Translations under genes and position numbers: made by a program
Part shown: one piece after another, positions 22,763 to 32,124 of the stretch
How the letters are laid out: the number at the start of each line of letters is the position of its first letter
Position numbering within the stretch: the stretch's first letter is position 1
Notes under the pieces: model-generated
The model's input: the letters and a program-made list of their open reading frames with translations, nothing else
Told to the model about the DNA's origin: nothing
The model's database searches: none
Source: Catajapyx aquilonaris
Taxonomy: Eukaryota
Assembly (NCBI GenBank): GCA_000934665.2
Contig: JYFJ02004444.1
Span: 1 to 32,124, forward strand
DNA length: 32,124 bases
Reading direction: 5' to 3'

Positions 22763-24859
22763 TACATCCTTGTGTTGTGTGGGCATAGCCAGGCTAAAAG
22801 AAATTATTGAATAGCATAGCTTAATTGCTGGGAAATGATGGCCAATAATAGCATGCGCTACAGTCCACCATGCGTTTAAAAACAAACTGGTGTCAAAGGT
22901 TGCACGATGCACGGATGTTCGCATCTGTGCTGCCAGCTCACCAATTCCTTCTTAGTAACATTTTACCACTGTCACCGGGAATTTGCAACACGTTACCACG
23001 GAGATAGCATGGTGGTCGGAATTAGGACCATGGTCAAAATATGGACTCCTTCCCCTACATGTGTGTGTTTCAAAAGTGTGAGACATTGCAATCGACTTAC
23101 CATGGAATCACTAAATTTTGTTTCAGTTGATGATCCATTGTGTAACATAGATCACATTCTGACAGCAAGAGACTTGTATGAATGGTGTGCACAATCACTG
23201 CAAGCAATAATAATATTCCCATATGGTGCCCCACTACTTTTATAATTGATATTAGGGAGGTTGGCCAGGCATTACCTCTCAACCTCCAAGGATAGGGAAG
23301 GAGGGAAGCAGCTATGGCCTATTATATGGAGCATTTCTGAGTAGGGGATGATCCAACGAGTCGATTGACATACCAAAAGTAATAACAACAATGGCCAACC
23401 AAAAAAAAAAAAAAAAAAAACGGCATGAGATATTTCCACTGTTTTTGTCAACGCTGATTTCAAATCTGAAATCGGTGGTCCGCTCCGAGCTCTAGTTTTC
23501 ATGCAATTTGAAACTTGTGATTTTCGCAATAAAGGACACCCCTTGCTATTTACATTAGGGTTAGCTTGAGAATTAGGCTTAACTATCATCTATCATAATC
23601 CTAGCCCTTTCATGTCAAATGTGTTAAATGTGCCAAACGCTATAGAGATCTTCCCGCCATCTTCCCAAAAGGGCCACTTTTGCCTTTACACGGGCATAGG
23701 TACAGCATAGGCAAAGGAACGAACCACAGATCTAAATCTAGAGCTTACAGAGAAAAACTAACATCAGATTTGGATTCAGCACCCTCGAATTAGGCAAGAA
23801 CAAGTGCTGGCATCAATGCCGCAAAAATTTTGTTGGCCAGTGTAATTGGTCCAGTCCCACATGCAGAAATTTGAGCTCGAAAATCGGTGAAATGCGGTGA
23901 TTCATATTTTCGGGAATTGTTATTTCCAACCCTGCATGACCTATCGCAATGAAGTTTTGCATGTGCATTTAGGAAAAGTTGATTGCCCTATATCCTGAAT
24001 ATCACTTTGTTAAAATCGTAATGTAATGAGTTACGGCTATCGGGAATATACAGTAATTTACACATACATTTGCGAGTTTTTTTCAATGTCATTTTTTGAG
24101 TTGTCGAATATTTTGTAACCATGTTATTCCTCTCTTCATTACCTTCCTTTTGATATATAACATGTTGGTGTTGGGAGAACAGTTCAAAATACTTTATATG
24201 GACGTCATTGTTAAACTTTCCATTGTCATATCTCCGTGAGAGTTGACTCCAGTGGCCTCAAATTTAGGATTTCACAACAAGGTACGGATCCCTACCTACC
24301 TGATTTTTTACAATTAAATCAGAAAGGGTCAAGCCACCACCATTTACAGGATTGACATAGAATGACCCAGTTATCATTTGTTTTCATTTCACTTTTTAGT
24401 GTTTTTACCTACCTTTTCATGTTGGGGATTTAAAATGTGCGCCATATGGGAGGGCTGGGGGGGGGGGGGTGTTCAATTGGAAATAAGGGGACGCGAATTT
24501 TATGAGATGATTTTCTGGGGTTGCCAATTGGAAAGATTGGGAAGCACTGAACCAAAGGCAAAGAGTCCAAAAGAATGTCAATATGTCTTGCAAGCAAAGA
24601 AATCTAACATACTTTTTCCTGAAGACAAACTAAAAAATTGATTAAATTTAATTATTTTGATTAAACTTGATTTAAAGCAGCATACACTATATGTACAGTT
24701 GTTCATTATAACCTCAAAATAACTCATTTTTACATTATCTAGGACCATTTTGGGATTATTATCCATGTGTTACGATTTTCCGGGCTCACCCATGCATTAC
24801 TGTATGTGCATATACTATGTCCTGCATGAAGCTGCACAGTACATCTCTTTGCATTCCAG

Positions 24860-25218
24860 GGGAATTCGTGATTGAGTATGTTGGTGAAGTTATATCCAAG
24901 GAAGAAATGCTACTTCGAAAGGGCCACATGGATGGTGACTCGGAGTACTACTTCCTGGAGATAGATAAAGACGACATATTGGATGCAGGACACCGAGGTA
25001 ATTTGGCCCGCTTCATGAATCACAGCTGCGATCCCAATTGCGAAACCCAGAAGTGGACTGTCTGCAGACAATTCCGAGTTGGACTCTTTGCCATCAAGGA
25101 CATACCAGCCGGATCAGAGATCACGTTTGATTACAACCTTCATACCTTCACAAAAGAGAAGAAGCGATGCCTCTGTGGTGCAGCCAACTGCAGGGGATAC
25201 ATTGAAAAGAAGGCCAAA
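24860..25218 (+). CDS. NSD: NSD-like exon 4 (SET core and post-SET)
   Basis: Acceptor ctctttgcattccag ends at 24859; phase-1 join gives [12 protein letters not shown]...[19 protein letters not shown]...EITFDYN...[12 protein letters not shown]. Probable donor AAA|GTTAGT at 25219; otherwise stop at 25243-25245. Confidence 0.95.
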
Positions 25219-25427
25219 GTTAGTTTTACAGTACATGTACTGTAGCACTGAATTCGTAAGTGGCATAACTCCAACTGCTTTTTTAGAGTGATTGAGATTT
25301 TTTTTTTTCACACTTGTTTTGCAACATGAGGGTGTTCCAAGTATGCTGGTTGCTTTGTAGTTAAAGGTAATTTCAAGCCTGGCTGTTGTTTTTTTTGTAG
25401 CTTGTGAGAGATCCACATGACCTTTTA

Positions 25428-25545
25428 GGCCTGGTTCACATGTTGCCACTTTTTGTGGCAGCAACTGGCCACAGCCAGTGGCCATGTGTGAATGCTCTCA
25501 TTCAATCCTGTGTATTTCCAAAAGTGGCCACGTGTGAACCGGGCC
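25428..25545. mobile_element. PIF/Harbinger (Tourist-like) MITE
   Basis: TIR GGCC(T/C)GGTTCACA..T.GCCACTTTT; TTA TSD on both sides. Confidence 0.82.
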
Positions 25546-25883
25546 TTAAGTAGCAAGTGCTACATTAGACCACCGGGAGTAATTGGGTACATGGATTGGG
25601 TTTGCAACAAGCTACACAAAAATTGCTACTTTAAGCGATATTAGCAATAAATGAAAATGATCCCGATACTTGGAATACCCCGTATTTTTTGTGCTTGTTT
25701 AATTTTTAAGTTCAATATGCCATTCCTGGTGTTTTTAACCTAACATACTTTTATAATTTTGATTTTTACGTAATTTACTGTAATTTTTCAAAGTCAATGG
25801 AGTTAGGTCATTTTTGAAATCAACTATTCATTTCAAATAAAACAACTATTGTCTCAAAGGCAAATTTCTTTTTATATTAATAG

Positions 25884-26033
25884 AGGCCAAAGTTGGACTC
25901 TTCGCCATAAATGACATCACATCTGGATTAGAGGTCAACTTCAGTGCGTTAAGAAGCAGAGGATGAGGTGCCTCAGCGGTGCACCAACTGCAGTGGCCAC
26001 ATTTAGGTCAAGACCAATGTTAATTTTACATGT
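25884..26033 (+). pseudogene. Degenerate duplicate of the 3' half of NSD exon 4 (SET-C/post-SET) and its donor site
   Basis: gttggactcttcgccataaatgacatc...tgcctcagcggtgcaccaactgcagtggccacatt...aagaccaatgttaatttta aligns to 25078-25230, with frameshifts and stops. Confidence 0.85.
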
Positions 26034-26114
26034 ATATTTCAAGGATTTAATTCAAAATCATGGAAGTTGGGCAGGATGAAAAGAGAATTGTCATTTAGGT
26101 ATTAATGTAATCTA

Positions 26115-26532
26115 CAGGGTGACCCAAAAGTCTGGACACATAGGCAATAATATTGTTGGTTATGGGGAGGCATGGTGGTCTAGTGGTTACGCCACTGGCC
26201 AGCCAAGCGGGAGGCCGGGGTTCAAATCCCGTCCCCGTCACCTCTGCTTGGCCGGGTCTTTTTCCGCTTTTCACCCGACATGCCGGGGCAGAATTGCACT
26301 CCCTACTCTGCCCAGGGCCAGGAGAAAAGGTCTGGTGTATTTCACCATTCATCAGAAATGACGAAAAATTACAGCGCCCTCCCTTGGGAACCTCCCCTTC
26401 CCCCCTAATAGGGCTCCGTCCTATCATGGGTATTTAATTTAAATTTTTTTATTTTATTGTTGGTTGCCAGGATTCAAATTGTGAACCAACAATATAATAT
26501 TACCTATGCGTCCATACTTTTGGGTCTCCCTG
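26115..26532. mobile_element. Palindromic CAGGGTG-type MITE interrupted by a SINE
   Basis: TA+cagggtgacccaaaagtctggacacatagg ... cctatgcgtccatacttttgggtctccctg+TA. Confidence 0.82.
26162..26454 (+). mobile_element. tRNA-derived SINE, family C
   Basis: A box gtggtctagtgg, B box ggttcaaatccc, T-rich tail; TSD TATTGTTGGTT (26151-26161, 26455-26465). Confidence 0.85.
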
Positions 26533-26852
26533 TAGAGCTATTTTATATGGATAAAAATAAAATAATATTCGGCTTTTTATTTTGATTCATTTGTTTGGAG
26601 GAGTAGTGGGGATAATCAATGTAAGATGGGAGACATTTTACTCTGTCTGCTCTCGACACCAGAGTGTGATGCTGCATTTTGTTCTCTAGCCAAGTGAGGT
26701 AAGGTCGTAAGCATCGTGAGCTGCCTTTGTGCTGTAATGAGCTCGTGGTCGGTGGTTGAGCTGACTACAGGTCAAGGAAAACATGTAAACTTAGGTGTAC
26801 TCAAGGTGGCCAATAATTCTGCAGCATTTGAGTGTGTAATAACAACGAGAAT

Positions 26853-27769
26853 GGGGAGGCAAAGTGGTGCTGCAGTAACGTATGCGCCCACGGATGTTAA
26901 GGTCCCTGGTTCGATCCCAAACCCAGGGACACCCCCTTCATCTCGTGCAGAGTTCAGGGTCACCTCCGACTTCGTCTCGGGTGGTATTTCCACAGACTAA
27001 ACCACCCAGGGGAGTTCACTAAAATGAGCCATGTTTAAGACATTGCACTGCACCTTGCACATTCCCTAGCTCCTGTCATCCTGCCCGTGGGCCCGGGCGT
27101 TACGTATAAAGGCTCCAATGTACACATCATCATCATCATCATCTTCTTCTTCACGGCGTTTCCCAACAGATATGGGGTTGCCAGCGCATATTAAGGAGGA
27201 GGTCCTTAATATCCTCACATGACCAACAAATACATATACAAAAAAAAATATATCTGAAGCCTGGTCAGGTACTCGCAGATAATTGGGGGGGGGGGGGGGG
27301 GGGGGNGACAGGACAGGCTATTCTGGGATGTTGACTTCGGCGGTGTCTCAGGTGACGTCCACCAACAAAGGACGGGAGAGGCAGGAGTACCATATCTCAT
27401 TTCTGAGTCGTTGGCACCACCAGACCGCATCCTGTCGCCTTGCATGGGATGAAGAAGGGCAGCAAAACCTCCAGGCTTCCAGATGGAACACCTTCTACTT
27501 TCCAAATGAACAGGTATGCTGGGATGTTGACTTCGGCGGTGTCCCAGGTGACGTCCACCAACAAAGGAGGGGTGAGGCAGGAGTACCATCTCATTTCTGA
27601 GTTGTTGGCACCACCTGACCGCATCCCGTCGCCTTGCATGGGACGAAGAAGGGCAGCAAAACCTCCAGGCGATATACACGACAAAAATAAATAAAGGTCA
27701 GTGCTACATACCTCTGATGAGGTCAGCACTACCCCGGATATTATTATTGTTGTTGTTGTTGTTGTTGTT
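26853..27769 (+). mobile_element. SINE family A split by a nested insertion
   Basis: 5' part 26853-27125; 3' part (taaataaaggt...agcacta...(ATT)(GTT)n) resumes at ~27680; TSD ataacaa(c/t)gagaa (26839-26851, 27770-27782). Confidence 0.82.
27126..27674 (-). mobile_element. Probable retroelement 3' fragment with (GAA)n(GAT)n tail and an internal 196-bp tandem duplication
   Basis: (CAT)n(CTT)n at 27125-27151; TACAC on both flanks; ctgggatgttgacttcggcgg repeated at 27323 and 27519. Confidence 0.6.
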
Positions 27770-27896
27770 ATAACAATGAGAAATGAGGGGGTGATGGAAA
27801 AAGGTGATAACCCACAAAAGTGTAATTTTTCAGGAGAGCAAATTTTAGTTTGCACTCGCTTCACAAATAATAGGGAATGCTGGTTTTGATCTAGTC

Positions 27897-28361
27897 CAGG
27901 ACTATTCAACTGGTGGACCACGGTCCGGATCCGGACCGCGACAATATACAGGACAGTTTGAAATAGCATGATTAATTACCAATTCAAGATTTTTTTGGAA
28001 AAAGGGCTACCAATTTCATCAAATACACACCCATTCAAATATCCCACATTCACCTAAGCTCGTGTGACCTTGAATCCCCTATGGCTTGTTCACCTTGTGC
28101 TTACGGAATGGGCCCCTCTCCGAAATTCTTCCGCCAACGCACCTGTACAGGACATCGTAAAAGGGCCAAAATGTCTTAATATGCCCTGTCTTGATAGGCC
28201 CTTTTACCCTTGCTGCACATGTTTCTATTTTCGAATATGAACCCTGTGGTACCATGTAAAATCGATATATTTTTACCCCCGGGGGGCGGGGGGGTCTGGA
28301 CCTTCAATGGCCCAGGAAAGGTAAATACTGGACCTTGTCATAAACTAGTTGAATATCCCTG
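27897..28361. mobile_element. hAT (Charlie-like) MITE
   Basis: TIR CAGG..TATTCAACT; perfect 8-bp TSD ATCTAGTC. Confidence 0.85.
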
Positions 28362-28479
28362 ATCTAGTCACTGGTGCTATCTCCTGCATGATACGTAAAC
28401 TTGGAGCATACCAAACTGTTTGTCATGTACAAAGAACTGCTTTCTAGGATTTTACCTACTTTTTATCTTGTAGGCAGAT

Positions 28480-28844
28480 TGGGGGAGGTATGCTGGCCGA
28501 GATGGTAACGTCTCGGCTTGCTGAGTGAAAGGTCCCAGGTTCGATCCCCGCCTGGGAGCTACCTTTCGCCTGCGTCAGGAGGGTCTGACCTGCACCAAGG
28601 AGGTGTCTGGCAACCTCACCTCCTGGGGAACAGCACATGGCCTAACGCTTGACATTGCACTTCCACCCATGTTCCCTCCCCAACAATCCCTATCCTTTCT
28701 AAATGTCCCTGTTTCCTTGCACCGGAGAAAGAAGCTGGAAAATATAAGAAAACTGATGGTGGTGTGCCACCCCCCTGTAGATCCCATAAGGGACATCACA
28801 GGGTAAACAAAATTTTTAAAAATAAATAGATTTTTTTAAAAGTA
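28480..28844 (+). mobile_element. tRNA-derived SINE, family B
   Basis: Homologous to 11209; B box ggttcgatccc; TSD TTGTAGGCAGAT (28468-28479, 28845-28856). Confidence 0.88.
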
Positions 28845-29659
28845 TTGTAGGCAGATCATCAGCACCAAAATATCTATCTGTTTCATAACACATGGACCTC
28901 AAAAATCATAGTTTTATGAAACCTAAAATTGCCTATTTTGGACGTTGGGACCTAAATAGCCTATTTTCACCTATTGACGCCTTTTCGGCAGTTTTTACGT
29001 TCAAGTCATTCCTTCCGCTTCAACCTGTGAATAGCTGTATGAGACATTTAACTTTTCAAGAATGATCCAGTTGCTTTGTATGCCGTCGAAAGGTCATTTT
29101 CAGCATATGAAGTCGTATTGTCACACAGGCATCGCCAACAAATAATCTAATAAATAAACTAAAATATGGAACAACTGTGCTAATGTTGTTACTGTGTTGC
29201 AAAACTATGCATGGCCAAGAGTAGGCTGTAATTGCATGGGTCTGAAAATAAATTAGGACCTCCTTGATCTTTAGTGCCTATTTAAGAGCCTATTTTAACT
29301 GTTTTCAGGACCTAAATGCCTACCTATTTGAGGGTTTTTTAGAACCTAGAAATCCGTTCTTTGGTCATGTCTTTTACATCGTTGCTAGGTGTTCAGGTCA
29401 AAAATGAGGGTTATCACCTTTTTCCACCACCCCATTTTTGACATTTATTTAACAAGCAAAAGATAGTTATCGAACCTGAGCGTAACCCATGAGAATAATC
29501 ATAAGTAATTTTTCTACAAGAAAAGGATTTGACGCCGTGGATACCCAGGAGAATGTGGAAGGACCCCATGTTCGATCACTGGCGCTGGCGCCTCCACTTT
29601 TTGTGACGTGGGTGTTTTTTCTTGTGTTATCTCTTATTTCAAATATAGGATGTCATCTA

Positions 29660-30083
29660 CAGGGTGTATCTGAACTCAGTGCCCCGACATATATGACTGC
29701 CTTCCTAGCCACCAGAGGATCGATTTAAGTATAGGAGTCATTATGTCTGGCCGCCGCATTACTGAGATAATTGACTGCAAACATGTAGTACAAAATATCC
29801 TGTCGGTTAGGACACCCATCGAACCCTCCTCCAGTCAGAAGGCTCTGAAAGGTCTGGTGGCCGGACTTTGTTGGTTTGTTGCCCACAGGTGGTAAGGCCT
29901 CTTTGGCTAGTTACACCAGAAAATTCTATTTAAAAGTCAGAAGGAGCGATTAGGCAAAAATCGCTGAAGAGTGTATCTCAGTAATGAGGCTGCCCAGACA
30001 TATGACTCCTCTACATAAGTTGATCCTCTGGTGACTAGGAAGGCAGTCATATACGTCGGGGCACTGAGTTCAGATACACCCTG
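29660..30083. mobile_element. Tc1/mariner-type MITE with ~110-bp TIRs
   Basis: TA+CAGGGTGTATCTGAACTCAGTGCCCCGAC... mirrored at 29974-30083+TA. Confidence 0.9.
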
Positions 30084-32124
30084 TATATGTTGTCAATATT
30101 TTCACTATTTAATTGATTTAAAAAGTGGAAATCATCTAGCGACTGATAAATACTTCCTGCACAGTGACGTAGGGGGGCATGGCATTGGGGACCTAGTCAT
30201 TTTCATTAGATACTAATAATTAAGTAATTATCATAAGTAGGATGCAACTCTGAAAATTGGTCCTCCTTTACTTCAGTTAGAAAAAATTAATATATTTAAT
30301 TTGCACATTCCAGGTCTCATCTTCCTTTTAAGCTCAAGACAATTAAAAATTAACATTATATTGACCTCTACTGCTCTACATCTCACAAGGACAGGTCACG
30401 CCTTGTAAATGGAGTTGCGAATGAAACTTGGCAGAATAATAGAGGCAGGTATAAGTTATTCACCAAAATGCAAACTGTTTTTGAAGAGTGCTACAAGGTC
30501 AAGAATTATTCCCTCTGGAAGTCAGTTTCACTTGTGTATGTCAGTATGTGTTGATGTAGTGGTGCAATCATGAGAGAACTTCATTGACACTTTTTTAAGC
30601 CTTATTGGGTTTCATTCCAACAATACATTGTAGATTTGCTGGTTTATCCACTGGTAATTGCAAATACGTACAACCATAGATTTATTGAATAAAACAAATC
30701 GCACAGGGGGTGGTATATATTGTTTGAAATTGAAAGAAATAAGTGTTTCAATGTTGCTGCAGCTGCTCTTGGAACAGTCATAAGGAACTGAAAAATCGAT
30801 CCAGCCAGCCCCACAGTGTGATGTTTGAAATCAAATGTTTTTTATCATGATTTTTTTGGAAAATTCCACAATTATTTTTGTAAAAGAGGGAAAATCGCAT
30901 TGACTTGTTATGAACACAGTCTCATAATCATGGTAAGATATATAACAAGTTCCCTGCTCCACAATTTTCGTGGGCTGGTAATGGGTCAACTTTTCACATA
31001 AGTTTATATCATATTTAGTTTAATACAACTTCCCTTCGCAGTATTATTCAGTTCACATTACTGTTGTTGCTCCCGCTTTTTCATTCCCCTGTGGGACCCA
31101 TAAATACTCCAGCCAATCCGAGACGACCGTGATGTCAGAGGTTGGCGACTCCGGCGACTGTCCCTGAAAGCTCTATCTCCGCTCTATCTCAGGCACCTGT
31201 CTCATCCGCAAGTGCTCCTTTTATATCCGTAAATATTTAAAATTAATGTAATCGTTAATTGCATAATTCGTTTTTTGAGCCGGGGCTCAGCGCATTAACT
31301 GTTATTTTATACTCACAGTTTCACATATCAATAACAGTTAAAAAATTGCTGCAGAGTAGCTTCCCATGATTTCTATAATTATCACAATTAGTGTAATTTC
31401 CGCACTAATGTTTTGTAAGTTACCATTAATGAAAATTAATTAACAGCTGAAGTTTACATTGAATTGATTTGTAACTAATATCTTGTGTATGTAAGAAACT
31501 GCTGTATTAGTTATGGCGCAATATACGTTATAAATAGCCGTTACGTTAATTTATCCCCGTAGGTAAATTCTCATCCAATGACATCATTTTGGTTTTCTGT
31601 TTTTTTAAAGTAAAAGGAATTATGTATTGCCGAGATCATTACATAATATATTGGTTGACATATGTCTAGGTAGCACCTACTTTTATCCCACCATTGTAAG
31701 TACCGGTTGTATTTATCTGATAACAATTGTAAGTCATGTGGTGTTTGATTCATTTCAGTGTTGTCTGCAGCCACACGCTGGCTGGTCTGAGTGAGCGGGT
31801 AGCAAGGCCTGTAGTATTATAGTGGACACAGTATTGGAACTCAAGAGTCATGTCCTTCTTTTCATCAGGAGGTAACATGGAAGGTATGTAACAATAAACC
31901 CAACTGGAACAAAACCTATGAATACAGGGCGTTCCGAAAGTAACTATGCACCGGAATATAAGGCTCAAGTTCTGTGTAGTAATGTACCACATTGCTGTTC
32001 TTAATGCAACAGATGTTAAAAATGTCTCCTGTGGGACTGAAGACATGCATGGACACACTTTCAGTGCACCCCACAGATAAGGGGACGTCCACATATTACG
32101 TAACGGGATTTAGGGGGGGAGGGG

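Noticed and set aside
23310..23846. Possible Chapaev/Transib-like element ending ttgttggccagtg
   Set aside because: Only one putative terminus; no matching TIR or TSD found.
27397..27969. 190-aa and 154-aa minus-strand ORFs
   Set aside because: They run through a microsatellite, a tandem duplication and TE junctions; no recognisable domain.
28860..29365. gcctattt-rich segment resembling the 5017 MITE interior
   Set aside because: Left terminus and TSD not identified, so boundaries are unsupported.

Overview
Eukaryotic, repeat-rich genomic DNA, probably arthropod (inferred from the element types). It carries one spliced + strand gene: a divergent NSD/Mes-4-family histone H3K36 methyltransferase with four phase-compatible coding exons (3046-3694, 7344-8176, 13807-14260, 24860-25218; 765 codons; basic low-complexity N-terminus, PHD1-4, PWWP, AWS, SET, post-SET). 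Introns and flanks are packed with tRNA-derived SINEs, LINE fragments and many MITEs with visible TIRs and TSDs. Most notable points: (1) a ~5.2 kb palindromic element in intron 3, built from two 3' halves of a Ginger2/TDD-like transposon, each arm hit by different nested insertions; (2) the NSD protein seems to lack the N-terminal PWWP, has a degenerate PWWP cage, and has Lys at the position equivalent to the activating NSD2 E1099K change; (3) a decayed tandem copy of the SET/post-SET exon end has its own splice-acceptor-like site. All calls were made by eye; no database searches were run.
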